Source: a virus
Lineage: Duplodnaviria > Caudoviricetes
DNA: 64,000 nucleotides
Reading direction: 5' to 3' (one strand)
IMG/VR virus record: IMGVR_UViG_3300032225_000686
The position numbers and the translations under genes were made by a program. The notes under the pieces were generated by a model that saw only the letters and a program-made list of their open reading frames with translations, searched no databases and was not told the DNA's origin. This document shows positions 9,701 to 18,928 of the stretch, in pieces (positions within the stretch are counted from its first letter, which is position 1; the number at the start of each line of letters is the position of its first letter).

Positions 9701-10272
9701 AGAATGTCTTTTTTATAGGCTGCACCCACTTCGGTCATGAGAAGATGTACTCGTTCGTCCGTAAGGATGGAACGAAGGTTCGCCCATTCGCTAACGCTGA
9801 ACAGGGAGATGCCGAGATGATGGCGCGATGGAATGCCACCGTTGGCAAGGATGACAAGGTGTATGTCCTTGGAGATGTGGCAATAACCAACAAGGGACTT
9901 AAGATTTTAGGCGAACTCAAGGGTCGCAAGATTCTTATCAAGGGCAACCATGATATCATGAAGCCGGGGGAGTACCTGAAGTACTTCAAAGATATTCGTG
10001 CATACCACAAGATGGAGAATGAGGTGCTTTCGCACATACCGATTCATCCTGCCTCTCTGTTCCGCAGCAAGAAGAATCGTTATTGGCTTAACATACACGC
10101 CCACCTACACAACGATGCCGTGATGGGTAGTGAGCCAAACGATCCCGATGATGCATTCCGTTCTTGCCAAACAGAAGACCCGCGATACTTCTCCGTTTGC
10201 GTTGAGCGTATCAACTACACACCGATTTCTTTGGACGAGATCAGAAGCAGAACTCGTAATGCTATTACCTAA
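9697..10272 (+). CDS. calcineurin-like metallophosphoesterase
   Basis: CTHFGH, LGD, GNHD, HxP and HAHLH motifs. Confidence 0.85.
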   Translation: MKNVFFIGCTHFGHEKMYSFVRKDGTKVRPFANAEQGDAEMMARWNATVGKDDKVYVLGDVAITNKGLKILGELKGRKILIKGNHDIMKPGEYLKYFKDIRAYHKMENEVLSHIPIHPASLFRSKKNRYWLNIHAHLHNDAVMGSEPNDPDDAFRSCQTEDPRYFSVCVERINYTPISLDEIRSRTRNAIT

Positions 10273-10744
10273 CAAGTGCAAAGATATTGAAACTCTGTGC
10301 CTTTGGGTTATTGAGAAGGCTACCAAGTTAGAGCCGCGAGTCATCAACGAACTCAAGCGGCACAAGTGGTGGCTTTTGAGGGACTACTCTAAAGGAAGAG
10401 ACACACCTGAAGTCTACTGCATGTTTGTAGAGATTGGGTTGGACTCTCCTCCTATTATTGTCAACAATACAGCCATCCTGTGTTGGTCTCCGAGACCATA
10501 TGAATGGTCATTTGCTGAACGACTTATACGCAAGTTTAAGCGTAAAGACTACCCCCGAAGAGGTGATGTTCTTTCTGTCATATCGGGAGGCAACACTTGG
10601 TTTGAAGTCAAGCAGGAGTATGCAAGAGCAATGCCTGCATCCTCTCTTCGAATTTTGTGGAACTCCATGATGAATCAGGGGTGGTCTTTGGTTGCACAAG
10701 GAGAAGTTGCAGCATCAAACTATTCACCTATGGAGGCAGCATGA
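10259..10744 (+). CDS. ARxxWxxLxxxGW-family protein
   Basis: C-terminal LRILWNSMMNQGW. Confidence 0.6.
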   Translation: MLLPNKCKDIETLCLWVIEKATKLEPRVINELKRHKWWLLRDYSKGRDTPEVYCMFVEIGLDSPPIIVNNTAILCWSPRPYEWSFAERLIRKFKRKDYPRRGDVLSVISGGNTWFEVKQEYARAMPASSLRILWNSMMNQGWSLVAQGEVAASNYSPMEAA

Positions 10745-11073
10745 AGCAATGGACTTTACGAGATTCAAACGCACGGTGGATTGATTTCTTCAACAACAAC
10801 AAAGAAACCAATTCAATCTGTATTCAGGCTGCTAACTGTGACAGACTAGATTTGTTCAAGGCAGGTGTCTTATTTGATGAAAGCGTTGGCTTGAACATGG
10901 TTGTAGTCTCACTAGAAACCGCACGAAAGGCGTGGGATGAGTTGATTGATTTGGGATTCACCCGATACATCCCACCAGAACTGTACACCAACGGAAGAAG
11001 AAGAAGCAGACTTACTAGAACAAGATTTATTCCCCAATTGGAGGTTGATGATGTCACGAATCAAGGAAACTAA
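10741..11073 (+). CDS. ARxxWxxLxxxGW-family protein
   Basis: ARKAWDELIDLGF; GGAGG SD. Confidence 0.65.
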   Translation: MKQWTLRDSNARWIDFFNNNKETNSICIQAANCDRLDLFKAGVLFDESVGLNMVVVSLETARKAWDELIDLGFTRYIPPELYTNGRRRSRLTRTRFIPQLEVDDVTNQGN

Positions 11074-11275
11074 AGGTAGATTTTGTATTGACGAGCAGGG
11101 AGCATGGTTGGAGATCGAACACGACGAGGAGAGCAACAATCTATGCATTATTGGCAAGAATTGGGTGTATCTTGATCGTCAGCAAACCGGAAGACTTTAT
11201 GATTGGCTCAAGAAGAACCTGCGACGAATGACTTCCTACAAGAAGGTACGGGAAAAGGGAATCAAAAATGGATAA
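11048..11275 (+). CDS. hypothetical protein
   Basis: GGAGG SD; operon packing. Confidence 0.55.
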   Translation: MMSRIKETKGRFCIDEQGAWLEIEHDEESNNLCIIGKNWVYLDRQQTGRLYDWLKKNLRRMTSYKKVREKGIKNG

Positions 11276-11552
11276 AGTGACTAGCGATTACCGAATCATA
11301 CACATCACCGAGAAGAACATTCCTTGGTATGGGGTCTACGAGGTTTACTATCATAATGATACCCCCATAGATCACAGCGTTGCACCAGTTGGTCTGTTTG
11401 GAGATATGGAAGATATTTTGGCGGGCATCAATGATTTTAAGGATGCTCTAAACAAGCCAATATTGAAGGATACCGATTTCCCTCCTGTACACGATCATCG
11501 TAGGGGAGAGTGGATGCAGACCAAGAATGCAATAATCGTCCCTAGACGGTGA
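11268..11552 (+). CDS. hypothetical protein
   Basis: YRII...YGVYEVYY...ALNKPIL; overlaps the upstream stop. Confidence 0.6.
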   Translation: MDKVTSDYRIIHITEKNIPWYGVYEVYYHNDTPIDHSVAPVGLFGDMEDILAGINDFKDALNKPILKDTDFPPVHDHRRGEWMQTKNAIIVPRR

Positions 11553-11578
11553 ATAGATACTAATTCAAGGAGAACACA

Positions 11579-11779
11579 ATGGCAAAGAAGAAGAACACCA
11601 AGAAGAAGACCAAGTTGAGCAGAACAACCAAGAACTATGTTCGTGCTCGCCTGAACAAGGACACACCATACGAAGTCGAATTCATGTATCTCAAGCCCGT
11701 ATCAACAGGAGGCTTGAGTGGATTTGGCAAATGGCTCGTCGGTCTTCTCAAGAAGGTCAAGACCTTTATTTGGAAGTAA
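11579..11779 (+). CDS. small basic hypothetical protein
   Basis: AGGAG SD. Confidence 0.55.
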   Translation: MAKKKNTKKKTKLSRTTKNYVRARLNKDTPYEVEFMYLKPVSTGGLSGFGKWLVGLLKKVKTFIWK

Positions 11780-12048
11780 TGGCAAAGGTATCTGTAAAGA
11801 ATCCTATAATAGTCAGACCAACAAAGCACACTCCGCTTGTTGTTGAGGGTGTGGGTACAACCAGCATTCAAGAGATGAGCAACCGCATCTCGCAAATTCT
11901 TGCTACTATCGCCAACGGAATGCAGAATGACGATGACGATGCGGTTCTATATTTGCAGGAATCAATGAGCAAAGGTTCAGAACTCTTCAAGTTAGTTGAG
12001 GGGCTGAACGCAGCGAAACAGTATGTAAATGCAAGGAGACCAATATGA
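11779..12048 (+). CDS. hypothetical protein
   Basis: TAATG coupling to the upstream gene. Confidence 0.55.
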   Translation: MAKVSVKNPIIVRPTKHTPLVVEGVGTTSIQEMSNRISQILATIANGMQNDDDDAVLYLQESMSKGSELFKLVEGLNAAKQYVNARRPI

Positions 12049-12230
12049 CAAACGATGCATTTCAAGGAACAGGTATGTGTGAAGAGCGTTGGCAAAAACT
12101 AATGGACAACGCCGATTTGGAATTGACACCCGGTGAGATTTGTGCGGGATGGCATTGGTGCAATGCTTTTGATGGTCTGCTTGTTCACAGGACTTGGGAA
12201 GAGATGGAGGTTTGTAAGTGCCATGAATAA
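12045..12230 (+). CDS. small Cys-containing hypothetical protein
   Basis: SD; ATGA overlap. Confidence 0.5.
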   Translation: MTNDAFQGTGMCEERWQKLMDNADLELTPGEICAGWHWCNAFDGLLVHRTWEEMEVCKCHE

Positions 12231-12441
12231 ACAATACATGGAAGAAGTTTGGGGATCAAAGTGTCCCGACTATGAACCCACCTGCTTTTTATGCAGAGCA
12301 TGGGTGATTTACGAAGTAACAGGAAACATCCCCGATTCAGAGCAGGTGGTTCGTAAGATACATGAGACCGAGGGGTGTGACTTCTTACAGTCACCCACAT
12401 TCAAGAAACTACGAGACTGCGCTCACCGCAAACCACAATGA
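12223..12441 (+). CDS. small Cys-containing hypothetical protein
   Basis: WGSKCPDYEPTCFLCRAW. Confidence 0.5.
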   Translation: MNKQYMEEVWGSKCPDYEPTCFLCRAWVIYEVTGNIPDSEQVVRKIHETEGCDFLQSPTFKKLRDCAHRKPQ

Positions 12442-13250
12442 TAACTTTCAAGAGATTGGGTAGATGGGGAAGATTGGGGAACCAACTCTTCCAATACGCT
12501 ACAATGGTTTCCGTTGCAAAGCGGAATTACTATGATTATGGCATACCCAAAGAAAATACTCTTTTGCCCGCTAGGTTTGGCGATACCGAAAATGTGTATA
12601 AGTGTGATATCTTTGATCTGTTCGATGCAGATAAAGAGTGTCACCTATACGATAATCTAATTGCCGACCACTATTACGAAGACCTATCCTGTTACTACAA
12701 CACAGAGGTTTTCAATATCAAAGACAATACAGATATTCTTGGTTACTTTCAGGGAGAACAGTATTTCTTGTGGTGTGAGGCTTTGATACGAGAAAAGTTT
12801 AGGTTTAGATCTACTCTAGTAGAAGAGGCAAAGAAATACATGGATGTTTCTTTGTTGCGAGATCCCATAGCACTTCATGTCAGAAGGGGGGATTATCTGA
12901 ACCTCCAAACCGTACACCCAATACCTTCAATAGAGTACTATAAGAAATCCTTGGAAATGTTGGATCACCGAGGAAGGGTTGTTTTGGTTTTTAGTGACGA
13001 TGTTTCGTGGGTAAAAGAAAACCTAGCAGAGGAACTTCAGTCGTTGGTTGTTGTTGAAACCCATAATCAAAACCTAGACCTAATTCTAATGAGTCAATGC
13101 AAGGACTTTGTGATAGCCAATAGTTCTTTTAGTTGGTGGGGAGCATGGCTATCCGAAAACTCATCAAAACGAGTCATGTGTCCGAAAAATTGGTTTGGGA
13201 ATCACACCAATCCCCTACAGCAAATGACTCGTCACTTCGAACTTGTATAA
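12438..13250 (+). CDS. GT11 alpha-1,2-fucosyltransferase-family protein
   Basis: GRLGNQLFQYA, HVRRGDY and NSSFSWWGAW motifs. Confidence 0.9.
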   Translation: MITFKRLGRWGRLGNQLFQYATMVSVAKRNYYDYGIPKENTLLPARFGDTENVYKCDIFDLFDADKECHLYDNLIADHYYEDLSCYYNTEVFNIKDNTDILGYFQGEQYFLWCEALIREKFRFRSTLVEEAKKYMDVSLLRDPIALHVRRGDYLNLQTVHPIPSIEYYKKSLEMLDHRGRVVLVFSDDVSWVKENLAEELQSLVVVETHNQNLDLILMSQCKDFVIANSSFSWWGAWLSENSSKRVMCPKNWFGNHTNPLQQMTRHFELV

Positions 13251-13260
13251 GGAACTCACA

Positions 13261-13905
13261 ATGCTTTTGGATATTCAGCAACTAGCAAACAAGTATTTCT
13301 CCAATCTCAAGGGCGTTTTGCATGTAGGTGCTCACTTTGGTCAAGAAATAAACGAGTACCGTAAACTTGGTTGCAAAAACATGTTGTTCTTCGAACCACA
13401 ACCATCAGTTTTGCCCAAACTGTTGGCAAATGTTTCACCAAAACACGAAGAAAATATTTGGGTCTATCCTTTTGCTTTAGGAAATTTTGACGGCTCTATT
13501 GAGATGAATGTCGAAACTGCAAATGGGGGAATGAGCAGTTCCCTTCTAAACGCAAATATTCATTCTGTACAGTACCCACACATAGTGTTTCATAGCAAAG
13601 TTACAGTAGATATCAGAAAACTTTCAACCATCGTGCATGATGATTGTATTGATATGACAAAGTACAACCTCATGAATGTTGATGTTCAGGGCTATGAAAT
13701 GGAAGTGTTTAAAGGGGCAGAGAGTCTATTGCATCACATAGACTACATCATAACAGAAGTCAATACTGAAGAATTGTATTATGGTTGCCCCATGCTTTAC
13801 GAGATAGATTCGTACTTGATATCCAAAGGATTTCTCCGAAGAGAAATGAGTATGGATGGGGGTAATTGGGGAGATGCTTTATATGTCAGAGTTCAGAACT
13901 CGTAA
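13261..13905 (+). CDS. FkbM-family methyltransferase
   Basis: HVGAHFG, FEP and VDVQGYE motifs. Confidence 0.9.
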   Translation: MLLDIQQLANKYFSNLKGVLHVGAHFGQEINEYRKLGCKNMLFFEPQPSVLPKLLANVSPKHEENIWVYPFALGNFDGSIEMNVETANGGMSSSLLNANIHSVQYPHIVFHSKVTVDIRKLSTIVHDDCIDMTKYNLMNVDVQGYEMEVFKGAESLLHHIDYIITEVNTEELYYGCPMLYEIDSYLISKGFLRREMSMDGGNWGDALYVRVQNS

Positions 13906-14030
13906 CGATCCGACTTCCACCGCTTACGCAATCTGCGGGGATCGGTCTCGTCGGTCTTCTTGCTCCACATCTTGACTCGCTGCTGCTGCGGTCCCCGTGG
14001 AGGGAACTTTGGCTTCTTGGTCTTCTTCAT
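13893..14030 (-). CDS. 45-aa basic protein missed by the ORF track
   Basis: MKKTKKPKFPPRGPQQQRVKMWSKK...YEF*, preceded by TTGACT-17-TATACT-7nt. Confidence 0.6.
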   Translation of the reverse strand: MKKTKKPKFPPRGPQQQRVKMWSKKTDETDPRRLRKRWKSDRYEF

Positions 14031-14087
14031 TTCAACGAGTATAACCCCCGACTGAATAAAAGTCAATACCATTTTGTCAGTTTCCTC

Positions 14088-14116
14088 TTGACAGATATGG
14101 GGAATACTGTTATAGT
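14088..14116 (+). promoter_or_regulatory. sigma70-type promoter, leaderless
   Basis: TTGACA-17-TATAGT-6nt-ATG(14123). Confidence 0.8.
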
Positions 14117-14122
14117 AGTAGT

Positions 14123-14371
14123 ATGAGATTTCGCTACACAGTCTATCTGTTAAGCCATCCTGTGAAGGGGCAAATGAGGATTGTTCGCAACAACAACATG
14201 AATTTATTTTTGTTTTTTGATCCCAACACCGTCTCTACTGCAAAAGAGTGGATAATCCAAGAGGCAAGGAGAGAGTGGAATAAATTGATCTCCGAGGGTT
14301 GGTCATACAACAATATACCAATCCACACCGACAACCATGTTGGTGTCGAATTCGCCGTGTCTCACTCCTAA
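14123..14371 (+). CDS. ARxxWxxLxxxGW-family protein
   Basis: ARREWNKLISEGW. Confidence 0.65.
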   Translation: MRFRYTVYLLSHPVKGQMRIVRNNNMNLFLFFDPNTVSTAKEWIIQEARREWNKLISEGWSYNNIPIHTDNHVGVEFAVSHS

Positions 14372-14384
14372 TAAGATAGTTCAA

Positions 14385-14615
14385 ATGACCGCCAAACCTT
14401 TCAAACACGACATAGTGGACAATCTGTTTGATCGTGGCGATGAACTGTCAAGGGCTGCGGGTAGTGAAATCCTGCGCCTGCGTCAACTGATGCAGGGCAT
14501 ATGGGGCATCTACTACAGCAAAGAGTACAAAGACGATGAGACCCGCTTTCGAAAGATGGTTTACCGACTGAACGAAGGACTTTCCGAGAACTCCAACTAT
14601 CCCAACTACTACTGA
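14385..14615 (+). CDS. hypothetical protein
   Basis: DIVDNL...AGSEILRLR. Confidence 0.55.
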   Translation: MTAKPFKHDIVDNLFDRGDELSRAAGSEILRLRQLMQGIWGIYYSKEYKDDETRFRKMVYRLNEGLSENSNYPNYY

Positions 14616-14622
14616 GGACACC

Positions 14623-14868
14623 ATGATCTACTTTTATAGCAACGACAACACCGAACGCACCTCTTGGACCATGCCCGAGATGGCCGATTTCTTGCGAGAG
14701 ATTGAACCTACTCTTGATTTCTCCGACCGTGAGTTGGAGATGTGGGTTGAGTACTTCGTGAAGTTGAACATTCTTGAGGTTGTGTGGGACGAGGAAGGTT
14801 CGCCCAACTATCGCCTGACCCCATACGGCAGGATTGTTTCACGATCTGTGAAGGAGAACAACAAATGA
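14623..14868 (+). CDS. hypothetical protein, winged-helix-like C-terminus
   Basis: YRLTPYG motif; GAGG SD. Confidence 0.55.
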   Translation: MIYFYSNDNTERTSWTMPEMADFLREIEPTLDFSDRELEMWVEYFVKLNILEVVWDEEGSPNYRLTPYGRIVSRSVKENNK

Positions 14869-14948
14869 GAGCGAATGTAACTAAAAATGGACCTTGACTT
14901 CCTGCCCGAACTTGTTATAGTAGAGGTGTAAAGAAAGGACAAGAGACC

Positions 14949-15227
14949 ATGACCAAGAACCCAAACGAATACGAATTCCTGACCTTCAAGACCGACCGCC
15001 GCACGAAGAAGGGCGAGAAGTTGGTGGACAGATACACCAAGGTGTTTGCGACTGCCGAGGATGCTCAGACTCACTTTGAGCGTCTGCCCAAGAAGGTTGG
15101 CGAGCGAGTGGAATGCCATCAGAAGTGGGTGGTCCGTAAGAATCTGTTGAGCGGCGAGGAGTTCTACGAGGCGTGGGATACGCCCGGCTTCTGCTCTCCG
15201 AGTTCTGAGTCCTATTGGAGCATGTGA
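14949..15227 (+). CDS. hypothetical early phage protein
   Basis: own promoter (TTGACT-16-TATAGT, 14894-14921) and SD; ends DTPGFCSPSSESYWSM. Confidence 0.7.
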   Translation: MTKNPNEYEFLTFKTDRRTKKGEKLVDRYTKVFATAEDAQTHFERLPKKVGERVECHQKWVVRKNLLSGEEFYEAWDTPGFCSPSSESYWSM

Positions 15228-15228
15228 C

Positions 15229-15540
15229 TTGTACTCCAAACTTTCTGCATCGGATTACAATATCGTGAGCACTTCGCACCCATCAAACCTTCCCAACTCC
15301 AATATCTTCTATATTCAGAAGACTTGCAACGATGGCACTAGGCTTACGATGCGGTTCGTGACCCATCCCGAGTATGTGTGGATTGAGAATCTCTCTACCA
15401 ATACCAATGTGGAAGTGAAGGGCAAGAATTGGAAGCATACCCGCGTGTTTGATGCCGATTCCTTGGAGAACTTCGTTGTCTCCTATGCTAGGGAGATTTG
15501 GGATTGCATGGTTGAGGACGGTTGGAGGTATGTCAAATGA
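15229..15540 (+). CDS. ARxxWxxLxxxGW-family protein
   Basis: AREIWDCMVEDGW. Confidence 0.65.
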   Translation: MYSKLSASDYNIVSTSHPSNLPNSNIFYIQKTCNDGTRLTMRFVTHPEYVWIENLSTNTNVEVKGKNWKHTRVFDADSLENFVVSYAREIWDCMVEDGWRYVK

Positions 15541-15866
15541 CCCCGACAGTACAACACACCTACCTGATATGCCCCTTGCCTGACTGTGGTGAGATTCTGT
15601 TCACTTACTACATCAACGACAATAATGCGGATTCTGCGGTTATGGTTCACAATCTGTCAAACCAGTCTTTGCTGATTGGGAATCTGTCTGCTTTGGCGGT
15701 TACAGGCAAGGCAAATACAAATGTGACCCCCTCTCCGAGGAACAGGACTTTAGACTTCACGCCCAACAAGAGAGCCATGGTTTCCAAGGAAGATGGCAGG
15801 ATCATATGGAACACTCTAATTGAGGGTGGGTGGACTGTAAACCGAATCAAGCAAGGAACGCCATGA
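15537..15866 (+). CDS. ARxxWxxLxxxGW-family protein
   Basis: GRIIWNTLIEGGW. Confidence 0.65.
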   Translation: MTPTVQHTYLICPLPDCGEILFTYYINDNNADSAVMVHNLSNQSLLIGNLSALAVTGKANTNVTPSPRNRTLDFTPNKRAMVSKEDGRIIWNTLIEGGWTVNRIKQGTP

Positions 15867-16117
15867 ACAAGATAAATGAAAGATTTTTCGTCCTCGTTTA
15901 CCCTACAGGACAAATAGACCAACCCCGATGGTCTTTTGGTATTGTAGATAAGGGAACCGAGAAGGAGAGAGTGGATGTTTGTAACTATTCAAGCATGGCA
16001 GTATTCCTACCAAGCATGAAGTATGCCCACAAGCCAAATGCCCTCCGCTGCTACCAGTTGGCAGATGCTCGCCTGTTGTGGGACTTTCTAGTAAAGGAGG
16101 GATACCGTGTCAGATGA
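15863..16117 (+). CDS. ARxxWxxLxxxGW-family protein
   Basis: ARLLWDFLVKEGY. Confidence 0.65.
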   Translation: MNKINERFFVLVYPTGQIDQPRWSFGIVDKGTEKERVDVCNYSSMAVFLPSMKYAHKPNALRCYQLADARLLWDFLVKEGYRVR

Positions 16118-16373
16118 CCGCAACATTTACGCTCTCATGGACCCCACCCATCCAAATGTTCAATTCACCTTCAGGCTAATGGGGAATGGTGGAATCGGGG
16201 TGTATGTTAGCAACAATACCCCGCATGACTATATTTTTGGATTTTTACACCCCGATAGTCAAATAACGGCAAAGCGACCGAACAAGTCAGGAAGCGTAAC
16301 TCTTTACGATACTGCCTCTGCCCGTGCTATTTGGGAATTCTTGGTAAACGATTGGCGAATGGTCAAGGCATGA
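16107..16373 (+). CDS. ARxxWxxLxxxGW-family protein
   Basis: ARAIWEFLVNDW; GGAGG SD. Confidence 0.65.
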   Translation: MSDDRNIYALMDPTHPNVQFTFRLMGNGGIGVYVSNNTPHDYIFGFLHPDSQITAKRPNKSGSVTLYDTASARAIWEFLVNDWRMVKA

Positions 16374-16416
16374 GCGTTCCGAAGAGAATCGGCGTTAGTT
16401 ATAAATACAATCAGCG

Positions 16417-17325
16417 ATGCCAAAGCAAATACAAACATTGCAACCGTATAACCCAATATTTCAAAATGGGGATGTTGCGGGAGATTACTACAACGCATCA
16501 ATAGAAGATTCTATCAATAGGATCAGATATCGTTTTGTAAACCCAACAAACGAAGAATGTGCAAGTGCGGTCAATTCTAAGTACTCTGCCGCCTTGGCAA
16601 TTTATCTGCGAGGTAAAGAGGATGCTTATACAGCCTACAAGAACGCTGTTTTACAGGTCATAACCGATCTGTTGTTGGATTTGGCGGGCAGGGGGGCATG
16701 GGAAGCAATAAACGAAATTATCAAAAGCATATGGCAAAGTTCAAATGACTTTACCGTTAGTGCTGGAGTGGGCGGCTTTTCTCCTGATTCAACACCGCCA
16801 AGATTTCCAAATGGAGTTTTGGTTGACGGCGAATGGTATCCGGGTGCGAGTGATATTCGACAACGAAGACCATACTATGACCCTATTCTACGAAGAATAG
16901 TTCGACCTTGGGAAGATTACAGAATTCGTCCACCCGCACCACCTGAGCCACCACCACCAAAACCACCCGTTCCTCCAGTTGATCCTAAAACTTTAGAGCC
17001 TTGGCTCAAGAACAATTGGGGTAAGATTTTCGGTAGAGTTGCTATTGCTGATCTTTGGGGTCTGATTCTTGCGGCATTACAGAAGTTTTTGGCTCCTGCT
17101 TTGGTCGCTGCAATAGTCGCTGCATTTGCTACATTAGCCTATGCTTTGATAAATTTGAGAAGTATCTACGACACCGAGATTGATAGAATCAATCAAAAGA
17201 TCAAGGAACTTGATGATTGGAAAGCCAAGGCATTAGAATGTTGTGCAAGAGCCAAGGCATGTGGTTCAAGCGGTAATAGATGCCACACAAGCATCACCGA
17301 AGAACCCCAAAGCGATTGCCCATAA
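16417..17325 (+). CDS. late M[AP]KQxQ protein with poly-Pro linker, long hydrophobic segment and Cys-rich tail
   Basis: TATAAATA at 16400-16407; features read directly from the translation. Confidence 0.65.
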   Translation: MPKQIQTLQPYNPIFQNGDVAGDYYNASIEDSINRIRYRFVNPTNEECASAVNSKYSAALAIYLRGKEDAYTAYKNAVLQVITDLLLDLAGRGAWEAINEIIKSIWQSSNDFTVSAGVGGFSPDSTPPRFPNGVLVDGEWYPGASDIRQRRPYYDPILRRIVRPWEDYRIRPPAPPEPPPPKPPVPPVDPKTLEPWLKNNWGKIFGRVAIADLWGLILAALQKFLAPALVAAIVAAFATLAYALINLRSIYDTEIDRINQKIKELDDWKAKALECCARAKACGSSGNRCHTSITEEPQSDCP

Positions 17326-17430
17326 CGAGGGGACCAGAACACTTGGATTTTTACGGCCTTTTTCTTGGCCCTCGTTCTAAATACGGGTATACTTCGCACA
17401 CAGCGTACACAACGAACATGGAGATATACT

Positions 17431-18117
17431 ATGGCTCATGCTAATCAATACACAGGTAAGAATCATTTGGTTCGTGGGGTAGGTATAAATGACCTACCAA
17501 ATGAACCTATAGAATGGACTGAGAACGGCAAACGGGTACGCTGTCCAAAATATGTTTTGTGGAATGCAATTTTACAGAGATGTTACCGCCCGGGAAAATC
17601 TGAGATCATAGCATACAAAGGAGTCACGGTTCACCCCGATTGGATTTACCGTTCAAAGTTTAATGAATGGTTGAATAGCCAACCCCAAAACAATTGGCAA
17701 GAACTTCAAATTGACAAAGACCTGTTGGTAAAGGGCAACAAGGTTTACGGGCCTGATACCTGTTGCTTTTTGACTAATCAGGAGAATAATGTTTTTCGTC
17801 CTTTGACTTCAGATAGACTGGGATCTGCTGCTTTTGACAAATCTAAAAACTACAAAAAACCTTGGCGGGCTATGATTACTCAAAGCGGTATCAAAAGAAA
17901 TTTCGGTTACTTCTCAACCAAAGAAGAAGCAGAGTTTGTAGCCATGCGAGAGTTCATGCCGTATGTTATTGAAATTGCAAACGCTAATCCTCACAGGTTT
18001 ATTAGAGATGCCATGTACCGATGGATAGACGATTGGAAGCAGGAGTTGGCGGTACTAGAGGAAAAGGCAAGAGTGGCTACTTCTAGGAATGCTTTGCCGC
18101 TTTTTGAAATAAAGTGA
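17431..18117 (+). CDS. HNH-type homing endonuclease with AP2-like C-terminal domain
   Basis: GVGIND, WxxILQRCY, IDKDLL..GNKVYGPDTCCF and FGYFSTKEEA motifs. Confidence 0.75.
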   Translation: MAHANQYTGKNHLVRGVGINDLPNEPIEWTENGKRVRCPKYVLWNAILQRCYRPGKSEIIAYKGVTVHPDWIYRSKFNEWLNSQPQNNWQELQIDKDLLVKGNKVYGPDTCCFLTNQENNVFRPLTSDRLGSAAFDKSKNYKKPWRAMITQSGIKRNFGYFSTKEEAEFVAMREFMPYVIEIANANPHRFIRDAMYRWIDDWKQELAVLEEKARVATSRNALPLFEIK

Positions 18118-18707
18118 GCAACCTAGACTTTCTAAATTTGTATTGGGAGACCTGCGATTCTGTTAGCAGCATTCGAAAGAGTAGACATTTCTTAAAGTTG
18201 GATGAACTACTGACAGAACAGATATCAGGGATAGGGATAAGAGAAGACCCGATATCAACAAGGTACAAGGGAACCAAACGATGGGATATGCACTTTCCTG
18301 ATAAGAAGGTAGCCATCGAATACAAGACCCTATCTTCGTTCAGTAAGAATGGAACTAGTGGAGGGAGTCTAGGAAAGGGATTGGGGAACCGTCTAGAAGA
18401 GGCTATCGGTTCAGCATTCGATCTCAAACAGAAAGATTCAAATTATAGGTTGGGCTATCTGATCGTCTTTGTATTCAGGGACGAGAAGTCAAATTATGAT
18501 AGCGTAGTCAAGAGAGCGATAGATGTATTTGATAAGTTGATTGAGGATGGACTCTATGATTTCTTCTGCCCCCTGTTTACTAGGGGACTGAACACTCATG
18601 GGGAACTATCGGAAACTTACTCTTTCGATAGGTTTATTGGTGATATTAGGGCGGTTCGAATACCTGAATCCCACACTTTCCCACTATACCCCACTTCCCC
18701 CCACTAA
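18114..18707 (+). CDS. PaeR7I/XhoI-like PD-(D/E)xK restriction endonuclease
   Basis: TKRWD, AIEYK, GNRLEEAIGSAFDL and LGYL motifs. Confidence 0.6.
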   Translation: MSNLDFLNLYWETCDSVSSIRKSRHFLKLDELLTEQISGIGIREDPISTRYKGTKRWDMHFPDKKVAIEYKTLSSFSKNGTSGGSLGKGLGNRLEEAIGSAFDLKQKDSNYRLGYLIVFVFRDEKSNYDSVVKRAIDVFDKLIEDGLYDFFCPLFTRGLNTHGELSETYSFDRFIGDIRAVRIPESHTFPLYPTSPH

Positions 18708-18894
18708 AAACATATGGGGGAATAATGAAAATCGTGTTCGTGTTAGCGGTAGGTATATCGCGTTGTCAAGGGGGCGCGGCAGAAATTTCAAAAGATTCTA
18801 GAAATTTTCTGTTGTCAAGGTCCGACCGCAGATTATTTTCAAAATTCTTCTAGAATCTTTTTGAAGAAATCGTGCCAGAATTTTACCAAGAGGG

Positions 18895-18922
18895 TTGACT
18901 TCCCCTAGCCATTGGTTATAAT
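18895..18922 (+). promoter_or_regulatory. sigma70-type promoter, leaderless
   Basis: TTGACT-16-TATAAT-6nt-ATG(18929). Confidence 0.85.
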
Positions 18923-18928
18923 TGAGGT

